NCBI GenBank assembly: GCA_963763105.1
Contig: CAVXMT010000005.1
Span: 4,685 to 68,684 of the forward strand
Source: an uncultured Candidatus Altimarinota bacterium
GTDB taxonomy: Bacteria; Patescibacteriota; Gracilibacteria; BD1-5; UBA2023
Reading direction: 5' to 3'
Length of the DNA stretch: 64,000 nt
Positions 45,174-54,422 of the stretch are shown piece after piece (the first letter of the stretch is position 1; each line of letters opens with the position of its first letter). A program made the position numbers and the translations under genes. Under the pieces are notes generated by a model. It saw only the letters and a program-made list of their open reading frames with translations. It searched no databases and was not told where the DNA came from.

Positions 45174-45473
45174 TTAATGAGCTAATCTAAGAAGTTCCCG
45201 TAGAGTCTGTATGTTGCGTTCTTTCATAAAAGATTCTGCTGCAATTGCTAGAAAATCCCAAGGTTTCTCATGATTTTCTTTTCAAAAGAGGAGTCAAGTT
45301 AATCGCATGTTATATTTATCCATTGTTCTTCTTATTTCATTTGTCCAGACTGGAAGTGGTGCCTGTCAAAAGTTTTCAATCTTGCGTAATTCACGAATCA
45401 GTGCTGCGGCAGCATCTACATTTGGATGTGTTGAAATATGAACAGGATGAGGAGGATAGTCACTAAGTTGCAT
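45174..45473 (-). CDS. hypothetical 99-aa protein, upstream partner of 43686..45131
   Basis: ATG 45473 to TAA 45174 with three TGA-Gly codons. 42-nt gap to the next gene. No motif recognised. Confidence 0.5.
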
Positions 45474-45777
45474 AGGAAGATGAATGAATTATCAATACAC
45501 TTTAATTTAAAATAGTATATAGTCAAGTACATTTTTCATTAGACGTACTCTATCATCTATATTTATCTCGAGGAGTTTACTTATTTACTGGAATGAACAA
45601 TTTTCTCACTTTTCTTCTCGTGCACAATTTGTGAGCGCAGTATGCTCATCCAGAAGCGGAAATAACGGGAGTTCTTCAGAAATCAAGAAAAAGTTATAAA
45701 ATTATTTGCTTTTACCCCTCTTTTTTATATACTACACGAGCTTATTTTTGTAGTTTCCTCACCTTTTCAGCATCCTT

Positions 45778-46059
45778 ATGCCGAAAGACGATAAGATCGA
45801 AGTCGAAGGGAAAGTGCTCAAAGCCCTCCCATGAGCCATTTTTGAAGTCGAGCTTCCTGAAGCCTTCTCAAATATGGTGATTCGTGCGTATGTATGAGGA
45901 AAAATGCAAAAAAATAGGATTCGTCTTATTCCTGGAGATACTGTCACTGTCGAGCTCACTCCGTATGATCTTACCCGTGGTCGCATCACCTTCCGTAAGC
46001 CAAATGCAAATGCTCCAGTAAGAGTTCCAGGAACCAATACAAACAATCATCGTCGATAA
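45778..46059 (+). CDS. infA: translation initiation factor IF-1 with ~20-aa C-terminal extension
   Basis: [20 protein letters not shown]...[34 protein letters not shown]. Confidence 0.93.
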
Positions 46060-46080
46060 TTCTTTTCTCATTATATTCCT

Positions 46081-46194
46081 ATGAAAGTCCGTCCATCTGT
46101 CAAAAAAATCTGCGAAAAGTGTGTTGTCATTCGCCGAAAGGGTGTGGTACGAGTTATCTGTCAAGAACCAAAACATAAACAACGCCAAGGGTAA
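46081..46194 (+). CDS. rpmJ: 50S ribosomal protein L36
   Basis: [37 protein letters not shown]. Confidence 0.95.
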   Translation: MKVRPSVKKICEKCVVIRRKGVVRVICQEPKHKQRQG

Positions 46195-46230
46195 TCTATA
46201 ATTGTAAATGGTGAATGACAAATCCCCAAA

Positions 46231-46258
46231 CAATTAACAATTAACAATTAACAATTAT
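46231..46258. repeat. (CAATTAA)x3 plus CAATTAT heptamer array in the rpmJ-rpsM spacer
   Basis: caattaa caattaa caattaa caattat. Confidence 0.9.
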
Positions 46259-46264
46259 TTTTTT

Positions 46265-46630
46265 ATGGCCCGTATCGCCTGAGTTAATCTCCCTGATGGG
46301 AAACATGCTGAAATCTCTCTCATGTATATATATGGAGTAGGACGTCCTCTCGCTCAGACAATTCTCACGAAAGTAGGAATTGCATGGTCGAAGAAAATGG
46401 GAGAACTCACAGAATCTGAGCTTGATCTTATTCGTGAAGAACTCAAGAAATATATTATCGAAGGTGATCTTCGTCGAGAAGTCTCAAGCAACATCAAGCG
46501 TCTTCAGGATATTGGATGTTATCGCGGATCTCGTCACAAGAAGCGTCTCCCAGTTCGTGGACAGCGTACAAAGACAAACGCTCGTACTCGTAAGGGTAAA
46601 GTCGTCACTATCATGAACAAGAAGAAGTAA
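46265..46630 (+). CDS. rpsM: 30S ribosomal protein S13
   Basis: MARIA-G-VNLP...[29 protein letters not shown]. Confidence 0.95.
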
Positions 46631-46672
46631 TTTATTACTAAAACCTCACTCTAAACTCTAAAATCTAAACCT

Positions 46673-47065
46673 ATGGCAAAAGTCACACTCCGCCGCTCAA
46701 AAAAAACTCGAAAAGTTGTTCCTGAGGCTGTCATCAGCATCACAGCAACGCTCAATAATACTCATGTCGTCGTTTCTGACCTTGCAGGGCAAGTACTTAC
46801 TTGGTCTACTGGTGGTACGGCAGGATTCAAATGAGCTCGAGAAGCAACACCATATGCAGCTCAGATTACAAGTGAGCAAGCAGTCGGAAAGGCAAAGACA
46901 CTTCATAATGTTGAGAAGGCTCATGTCTATGTCAGAGGTATTGGTGCTGGTCGTGAACAGGCAATTCGTGGAATTATCAATTCATGAGTTGAACTTATTG
47001 GTATCTATGATATCACCCCGGTTCCTCACAATGGTTGCCGAAAACGAAAAGCACGAAAACTCTAA
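46673..47065 (+). CDS. rpsK: 30S ribosomal protein S11
   Basis: NNTHVVVSDLAGQVLTWSTGG...VRGIGAGREQAIRG...TPVPHNGCRKRKARK. Confidence 0.95.
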
Positions 47066-47111
47066 TATCAAAGATTCAATTCTAAAACACTAAATTCTAA
47101 TAACTCTCTCT

Positions 47112-47732
47112 ATGCGTTATACTGGGCCAAAAATGAAACTCTGCCGCCGTGAAGGATACAATCTCTTCGGTGTAGAAAAATACAATCTCGAGAACAATCA
47201 CCGCAAGGTAAGGCGTGCTGGAAAGCTTTCTGAATTTGGAGTACAGCTTCGAAAGAAGCAAGCTGCAAAGCGTCAATTTGCTCTCTCTGAAAAGCAATTT
47301 TCTCGATACTATTCTCGAGCAGCAAAATCAAATGAAATTACTGGTGATGCTATGCTTCGACTTCTTGAGACACGTTTTGATACTGTTGTTCTTAGGGCCA
47401 ACTTCGCTCGTACTATTATGCAAGCTCGACAATGTGTCGGACATGCTCACTTTCTCGTGAATGGAAAAAAGGTCAATATTCCTTCATATGAAATGAATAT
47501 TGGTGATGTCATTACACTCAAGGAGCGTATGAAAGAGTCGTCTCTTTACAAGTCTCTTATAGAAGAATTTCAAGCTTTTGCTACGAAGAATTCTGCAGCA
47601 CAAGTCTCAGCTTCTCGTTGGCTTACTGTCGATCCAAAGAAGCTTTCGATTACTGTCACAGCTCTTCCTGAAAAAGGTGATTTTGATCAAATGATTGATG
47701 TTCAGCGTATTGTGGAGTTTTACTCGAAATAA
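47112..47732 (+). CDS. rpsD: 30S ribosomal protein S4
   Basis: MRYTGPKMKLCRREG...RLLETRFDTVVLRANFARTIMQARQCVGHAHFLVNGKKVNIPSY. Confidence 0.95.
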   Translation: MRYTGPKMKLCRREGYNLFGVEKYNLENNHRKVRRAGKLSEFGVQLRKKQAAKRQFALSEKQFSRYYSRAAKSNEITGDAMLRLLETRFDTVVLRANFARTIMQARQCVGHAHFLVNGKKVNIPSYEMNIGDVITLKERMKESSLYKSLIEEFQAFATKNSAAQVSASRWLTVDPKKLSITVTALPEKGDFDQMIDVQRIVEFYSK

Positions 47733-47798
47733 TTTGATTATTTCTCTTCCCAAAGAGAAATACCTCGGTTTTTTTACTCCTTCATTCCCTTTCGAACT

Positions 47799-48776
47799 AT
47801 GCACATTATCCACAACACTATCGGAGTTCCAAAAATTCGTAGAGAAATCGTTTCCCCTACAGAAGAGCGCTTTATTATTGAGCCACTTCCAAATGGATAT
47901 GGAGTCACTCTCGGAAATTCCCTTCGTCGTGTTATGCTCTCATCGATTCCAGGTGCTCGTGTCACAGGTATCAAGATTGCTGGTGTATCACATGAATATA
48001 CAACACTTCCAGGAGTACGAGAGTCAATTCTCGATATTATGCTCAATATGAAGACATTGATCGTCTCCAAGGATTCTACAGATATTGAATGGCTTTCTGT
48101 TTCGAAGAAAAAAGGTGGAGTAATTACAGGAGCTGATGTGAAGTGTCCATCGGGAGTAGTCATACTGAATCCTGATTGTTATATCACGACAGTAGATGCT
48201 GGATTTGATTTTGCTATGCAAGTACGAGTCGAAAAGAATGTCGGATACGCTTCTATCGAAGATCTCAAAAAACGTGAAGATGATGTGGAAGTTCTTGTTC
48301 TTGACGCAAGCTTCTCTCCAGTACAAAATGTAAAATATGAAATAAAGACAACTCGATATGGTGAGATTACTTCACTTGATTCTCTCGAGATTACCGTTCG
48401 AACAAATGGTGTTATGTCTCCCTCAGATGTCATGAAGTTTTCATCAAAGATGCTTGAATCATATTTTTCTCTCTTCAATGAAGATCGTCTTCAGGTCGGA
48501 GGAGAATTCATCTCAGATATTCGTGAAGTGATCGAACGTGAGAAGCAGGAAGTGAAGTCAGAACTTGAGAAGGAGACATATACTCCGATCGAAATCATGG
48601 GACTTTCTCCACGTACACTCAATGCTCTCGTCAACGGAGATATCCTCTCTATAGAACAGCTCACAAAGTGTACTGAAGCAAAACTTTCTTCAATAAAAGG
48701 ATTTGGAAAAAAGGCGATGACTGAAGTACGTGATTGTCTCAAGACTCGCGGACTCAAGCTTCTCTGAGACGACTAA
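47799..48776 (+). CDS. rpoA: DNA-directed RNA polymerase subunit alpha
   Basis: IEPLPNGYGVTLGNSLRRVMLSSIPG, and C-terminal domain LSPRTLNALVNGDILSIEQL. Extended past the TGA at 48765 to the TAA at 48774. Confidence 0.95.
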
Positions 48777-48784
48777 ACCAACCG

Positions 48785-48805
48785 ATAATTCATAATTCAT
48801 AATTC
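48785..48805. repeat. (ATAATTC)x3 heptamer array in the rpoA-rplQ spacer
   Basis: ataattc ataattc ataattc. Confidence 0.9.
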
Positions 48806-48811
48806 AATACC

Positions 48812-49171
48812 ATGCGACACCGAGTCAAAAAACATCTCCACCTCAGTGGAAAGGATACAAATCACCGAAAGGCAGTAGTCCGCAATCTTCTTACAAGCCT
48901 TTTTACTCATAAGAGTATAGAGACAACTGAAAAAAAAGCTCTTGCAATGGAATGAAGTGCTCATAGACTTATTGAGATAGCAAAGTCCTCCCAGCCTGAA
49001 TACAATAAGATTCGAGCAATTAGCGCTCTTCTCTTTACAAAAGAGGCTGGAGTGTCACTTATGACACTTGCGCAGAACTATAAAGATAAGAGTGGAGGAT
49101 ACACTCGTATTACTCCGATCAAGTATCGTGATGGTGACTCTGCAAAGCTTGTCAAAATTGAGCTTGTCTAA
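48812..49171 (+). CDS. rplQ: 50S ribosomal protein L17
   Basis: MRHRVKKHLHLSGKDTNHRKAVVRNL...GGYTRI. Confidence 0.93.
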
Positions 49172-49205
49172 TCCACATAAATTCTAAAAATTTAAAAAAT
49201 TCCTT

Positions 49206-49637
49206 ATGAAAACTCTCGTTGCAAAACAACTTCTTGGACAAGAAAGAAAATGGCTCGTCATCGATGCTGCCGGAAAAAACCTTGGACGTATCGCTACCGG
49301 TATTGCTCGATTTCTCGCTGGTCGAGATCGAGTCGACTATACTCCACACATTGATAATGGTGCGTATGTCATTGTTCTCAATGCTGATAAGATTACCGTC
49401 ACTGGTACAAAAGAATCAGTAAAAATGTATCGATCTCATTCACAATATATGGGTGGACTCAAGGAGACAGTTTTTTCAAGAATGAAGGTGAAGAATCCAA
49501 CTCACATGCTTTCTCATGCGATCGAAGGAATGCTTCCAAAAAATAAACTTCGTTCTAATATGGTACAGAGACTTAAGCTTGTCATTGGTGACAAACATGA
49601 ATTTGAAGCTCAGAAGCCAGAAATGATATCCCTCTAA
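49206..49637 (+). CDS. rplM: 50S ribosomal protein L13
   Basis: RKWLVIDAAGKNLGRIAT...VIVLNADKITVTG. Confidence 0.95.
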   Translation: MKTLVAKQLLGQERKWLVIDAAGKNLGRIATGIARFLAGRDRVDYTPHIDNGAYVIVLNADKITVTGTKESVKMYRSHSQYMGGLKETVFSRMKVKNPTHMLSHAIEGMLPKNKLRSNMVQRLKLVIGDKHEFEAQKPEMISL

Positions 49638-49660
49638 TTTACTTTTAATACCTTCACTTT

Positions 49661-50056
49661 ATGTCAGAGATTAATTATATATACGCTGTCGGTCGTCGCA
49701 AGACGGCAGTTGCACAAGTCCGCCTCTATAAGGGGAAGGGAGTAAATACAGCAAATGGAATACCACTCGAGACCTATGTAAAACGAGCGGACCTTTTTGC
49801 AACTATCTATTCTCCACTCAAGACAGCGGGGGTGTATGAATGATTTTACTTTGATGTAAAGGTAGCTGGTTCATGAGAAGCTGCTCAGGCAGAAGCAATT
49901 CGTCATGCTATTACTCGAGCTCTTGTCGTCGATGACGAGAATCTCAGAAAGTCTCTCAAATGAGCTGGGTTCCTTACTCGTGACTCTCGTCAAGTAGAGC
50001 GAAAGAAACCAGGTCGTCCAAAAGCACGCAAGGGTCCATCTTGGTCAAAGCGTTAA
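49661..50056 (+). CDS. rpsI: 30S ribosomal protein S9
   Basis: YAVGRRKTAVAQVRL...LTRDSRQVERKKPG...KARKGPSWSKR. Confidence 0.95.
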
Positions 50057-50081
50057 AATCAATTATCAATTATTTCCTCCC

Positions 50082-50501
50082 ATGCCTACTATCAATCAGC
50101 TTGTTCGTCGAAAACGCAAAGATCCATCTCGAAAGAGTAAATCTCCAGCGCTTCAATTTACAAAAAATACACTCAAACAGAAGATTTCTCCACTCGCTTC
50201 TCCACAGAGACGATGAGTATGTCTTAAGGTATATACTTCTACTCCAAAGAAGCCAAATTCTGCCCTCCGAAAGGTAGCAAAAATTCGTCTTACAAATGGA
50301 TATGAAGTCATTTCCTATATTGGATGAGAAGGACACAATCTTCAAGAGCATTCAGTCGTCATGATTCGATGAGGACGTGTGAAGGATCTCCCAGGAGTTC
50401 GTTATCATATTCTTCGAGGTGTTCTCGATTGTCAGGGTGTCGATAAACGTGGACAGAGTCGATCTCTCTACGGAGCAAAGAAGCCAAAAGCAAAAAAATA
50501 A
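50082..50501 (+). CDS. rpsL: 30S ribosomal protein S12
   Basis: MPTINQL...[19 protein letters not shown]...[26 protein letters not shown]. Confidence 0.96.
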
Positions 50502-50606
50502 TATCTGTTATCTGAATCAGAATCAAGAAGCGTAAGGTGTGAGTATAACATAGCTGTCATAATCTTCCTTCAAATATCTTAATCTTTATTCTAAATCTCC
50601 CATTCT

Positions 50607-51062
50607 ATGAGTACTAAAGGAAGTGTTTCATTCACTACACAAAACGAAAGACTAAAAAAATTTGTAAATTATGTTATGAAAGAGGGTAAAAAAACTCTTG
50701 CACATAAAATAATAAATGCAACTTTTGATATTCTTCGAGAAAAAGGATATACCAATCCAGAAGAAGTATTCGATAAAGCACTTGATAATGTCATGCCAAA
50801 AATCGAATGTCGTCCAAAACGTGTTGGCGGATCTATCTACCAAGTTCCGACTGAGGTCCCTCCAGGACGTTCATTTGCTCTTGCTTCTCGTTGGATTCTT
50901 GCTGCTGCTCGTGGAAAGAGTGGAAAAGATTTTTCTCACTTCCTTGCTCAAGAGATTATTGATGCTGCGACTGAGACTGGAGTAGCTGTCAAGAAAAAAC
51001 TTGATGTCTATAAGATGGCAGAAGCGAATAAGGCATTTGCTCGTTACGCAAACAATAAATAA
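50607..51062 (+). CDS. rpsG: 30S ribosomal protein S7
   Basis: RVGGSIYQVPTEVPPGRSFALASRWIL...KMAEANKAFA. Confidence 0.95.
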   Translation: MSTKGSVSFTTQNERLKKFVNYVMKEGKKTLAHKIINATFDILREKGYTNPEEVFDKALDNVMPKIECRPKRVGGSIYQVPTEVPPGRSFALASRWILAAARGKSGKDFSHFLAQEIIDAATETGVAVKKKLDVYKMAEANKAFARYANNK

Positions 51063-51080
51063 AAAGAATTAACAAAACTT

Positions 51081-51101
51081 ATAATTAATAATTAACAATT
51101 C
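51081..51101. repeat. ATAATTA ATAATTA ACAATTC heptamer array in the rpsG-rpmA spacer
   Basis: Direct reading. Confidence 0.8.
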
Positions 51102-51106
51102 AGTGT

Positions 51107-51379
51107 ATGGCACATAAAAAAGCGATGTGATCGACCTCCAATGGTCGTGATAGTCAAGCAAAAAGACTTGGTGTAAAAATTTACGGAGGAACACCTGCAA
51201 CCTCTGGAAACATTATTATACGACAGAAGGGTAATACTTTCTGGCCTGGAAATGGTGTAGAACAAGGAAGTGACTTTACACTTTTTGCAGTTCGTGATGG
51301 AATCGTATCATTCCAAGAAAAACGTCGAGTCAGATTCGATGGACGCGTCTATCGTGATACTTATGTAAATGTAGTCTAA
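51107..51379 (+). CDS. rpmA: 50S ribosomal protein L27 (no rplU upstream)
   Basis: [28 protein letters not shown]...[16 protein letters not shown]. Confidence 0.94.
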
Positions 51380-51420
51380 TTCAGACTAAAATCTCAATCT
51401 AAAATCTAAAATTCCTTTCT

Positions 51421-51657
51421 ATGACTATCTCCCCTAAACAGCAACTCTCAAAAGTTCGCGGAAAAAAACGATATGCTGCATGGCTTCGTCTCAATGCAAA
51501 AAGACTCAAGGATCTTGTCTCTCTTCAGTATAATGAACAGGGAGAAGCTACTGCTCTTTCTCACTTTGCTTCCCCAGTCACTGGTGAATACAAGGGAAGA
51601 AAAATATTCTCTATCCGCAGCGGAAAGGGAGTAACTCCGACAAAGATTCGTGCGTAA
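51421..51657 (+). CDS. rpmF: 50S ribosomal protein L32 (Cys-less form, C-terminal extension)
   Basis: SPKQQLSKVRGKKRYAAWLRLNAKRL matches the L32 PKRKTSKSRRdKRRAhw pattern. ...SHFASPVTGEYKGRKI matches H-x-vC-x-G-Y-x-GR with the Cys residues lost. Confidence 0.65.
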   Translation: MTISPKQQLSKVRGKKRYAAWLRLNAKRLKDLVSLQYNEQGEATALSHFASPVTGEYKGRKIFSIRSGKGVTPTKIRA

Positions 51658-51703
51658 TTTATTCCCATTATCCTAAGTTTGTTTAAATTCCAATCTCATA
51701 CTT

Positions 51704-51731
51704 AAAAACTCGCCCAAACGGACGAGTTTTT
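51704..51731 (+). terminator. terminator ending the ribosomal-protein cluster
   Basis: AAAACTCG-cccaaacgga-CGAGTTTTT. Confidence 0.65.
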
Positions 51732-52115
51732 CTATTTTAAGTCTAGAATAGAGATTGCTCTTTCTTCTGCAACTTCTCGAAGAGGAATATTTTTAGTTTT
51801 CGCTTCTCAACTAAGACTTTCTATATAGTCATAAAATCTATCCCCAGTATGTCATGTAACCTTTTGAAAATCTTCAGAAGCTTTTACAGACTCTTGTCTA
51901 TGACGATCATCGTTATTAACACTTAACATTAAATACTGCTCATAATGACTTCGACGATGCCAGTATTGTTCAAATATCATTCAAGATCAAGATGGCATCT
52001 TTGTAGAATCAAACTTTAATTTTCCTCAAAACACAGGAAGATAAACCAACCAATTATTAAATTCTCTTATTTCTTCTTCTGTAAATGAAGACACTACTGG
52101 AATTGCTTCTGTCAT
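51732..52115 (-). CDS. hypothetical 127-aa protein
   Basis: ATG 52115 to TAG 51732 with six TGA-Gly codons. No motif recognised. Confidence 0.5.
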
Positions 52116-52211
52116 GAAAAGAGAATAACAGTTTATGTATCTCTTGTCAATTTTCTGCTCGCTTTTTTTTCACTTTTCCATACAATCCTTCAAATTTCTA
52201 AATAGATACTT

Positions 52212-52688
52212 ATGATTTCTCGTCGTCGTACTCGTGAATTTCTCCTTCAGTCCCTCTATTCTCGTCATGAGCTTCGAGAGGCATTTATTCGTGAGAATTT
52301 TATCGAATCATACTTCGATGATGAGAATGTCGCAGCCATTGATATGGCGTATGTCGATACTATGGAGATAGCAATTCTTTCACATGAGAAGGAGCTTATC
52401 TCGCTAGTGAGCATTCTCATACCAAAATTTGATCTTGCGACAATTCCCGTCATGCATATCATGATTCTCATGATTGCTCTCACGGAAATGCTCTATACAC
52501 CAATTCTCGAGACTCCAGAGGCAGTCAGTGTTAATGAAGCTATTGAGCTTGCGAAACGCTTCTCTGATGATCAATGAAGAATGCTGATCAACTGAGCATT
52601 ATCACATTTTCTTAAGGAAAAAGAAAAAGTAATGAGTGAGATACAAGATATTCCATTTCGTATTTTTGATATAGCTTCTAAAAATTAG
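52212..52688 (+). CDS. nusB: transcription antitermination factor NusB
   Basis: RRRTREFLLQSLY..., ...VSVNEAIELAKRFSDDQ-G-R. Confidence 0.85.
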
Positions 52689-52709
52689 TTTTATTTCCTA
52701 AAATAATGT

Positions 52710-53480
52710 ATGCCTCGCACATCTCTCCGCTACGATAGACCGGAGTTTGAAGAAAAGGTAGGAATACTCCTCGCTTCTCTTCAGATTCTTCCAAAAAAGA
52801 AAAATTTCTACATCCTCGCATGTATTCATAGAAGCGTGCTCAATGAAGCCCATATAGGGTATACTGAGTCCAATGAGCGTCTCGAATATCTTGGCGATGC
52901 TGTTCTCGAGCTTGCTGTCACTGAGCGTCTTTATCATGATTATGCTGAGAAATCAGAAGGAGAGCTTACTGATATTCGCTCTGCACTCGTTCGAGGTCGC
53001 AATCTTGCACTTGTTGCTAAGAAGCTCTGATTTGCTGATGTGATCCAGCTCTCTCGAGGTGAATCTATTGCGAGCGGGCATGATAATCCCTATATTCTAG
53101 CCAATACACTTGAAGCAATGATTGGCGCACTCTATGTTGATCATGGTTTTGTAGTTGCTCGAGACTTTATTCTCAAGTATATCTACACTACACTTCCACA
53201 GATTCTCGAAGAAGAGCTCTATGTCGATCCGAAGTCCTATCTTCAGGAATACACACAGGCTATCTGGGGAATTACACCGACCTATACTGTCGTGAGCGAA
53301 GAAGGTGCAGATCACAATAAGCTTTATATTATAGTAACCTCTCTTGGTGATCAGCTTCTCTGACAGGGAAAATGATCAAGCAAGAAGAAGTGAGAACAAG
53401 ATGCTGCAGAAAATGCTATCTCAAGAAAGAAAGAGTGGGAAGAAGAAGTAAATCTTCCAAAAAAAGTGATTGGAGTATAG
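52710..53480 (+). CDS. rnc: ribonuclease III
   Basis: NERLEYLGDAVLELAV signature, ...ANTLEAMIGALY, and a dsRBD (DPKSYLQEY...). The tail is rich in TGA-Gly. Confidence 0.92.
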
Positions 53481-53520
53481 AATTTTTGCCTTTTTCTCTT
53501 ATTCCTGATATACTTCTTTC

Positions 53521-54420
53521 ATGTTCCACCTCGAAAAAAACCAATATCCAAAGGATTTCTATTATCATCGTACAGCATCTGCTACCTATAGGGAGTACCT
53601 TCATACATGTAAGCTTGCAACTTTTGATATACAAAATCCACCACAATATGCATGGAAAAAACATATTTTCGGAAATTCTTTTGGAATCATAAAGTATGAA
53701 CGTATCGATGTCGAGCCCGATATCGAATATCTTAAGCAAGTGACAGGATTTCAGCATGCGTTTGTCGTATGGATACCTTATTCACGTGAGAATATCGATA
53801 GACCATGGAGATGACTCTGGCTCACAGATCACTTCGAAGAGACTGGATACGCTGAGTTAATTCATAATTGACAGTTGAGAAGTGACAGTTGAGAAGTGAC
53901 AGTTGATAATTTAGAAAAGATACCATATCTCTCTTCTTGGAATGATCGTGCGAAACGAGCACGAAAAAAATTTCTCGCTTCAGGGTGCACGATTCGTGAT
54001 GTGACTCCTGATGAATTCACGGAGGCATTCAGAACGACCAAAGTGAAACATTGGTATAAGTGAGCATACATAAGCTACTACAAGCGTATGGTTGGTATTG
54101 ATGCGACGAAGATTCGTCAATGGCTCGCATATGATCCTACTGGAAGGGTAATTGCCTGACTTGCTGTCCATGATTTCTGTGAAAATCATTCCGTCCATCT
54201 TGTGGCGTTTACTGATCAGAAATGATACCACTATCAACCTGGAACAGGGCTTATAGATCGGTGGTTTTCTGAGTCGTATGATCGTGGATACAAATATCTT
54301 TCATTCGATCAGCTTCGCAATAAAAATGGACCAAAAGACCAAAAAGGATATACGGAGTTCAAGGAAAACTTTCTCTCTGTATGACTCTCATTTAAGAAGG
54401 CATTCTTTCGATTCTTTTAG
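53521..54420 (+). CDS. hypothetical protein (possible FemAB/CelD-like acetyltransferase fold) with a 14-mer repeat insertion
   Basis: All 300 codons verified. ...HLVAFTDQK-G-YHYQPGTGLIDRWF...GPKDQKGYTEFKENF. The functional call is weak. Confidence 0.6.
53869..53910 (+). repeat. 14-mer x3 tandem array, in frame
   Basis: TGACAGTTGAGAAG, TGACAGTTGAGAAG, TGACAGTTGATAAT. Encodes -G-QLRSDS-G-EVTVDN. The last unit is identical to the tlyA repeat unit. Confidence 0.92.
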
Positions 54421-54422
54421 GA

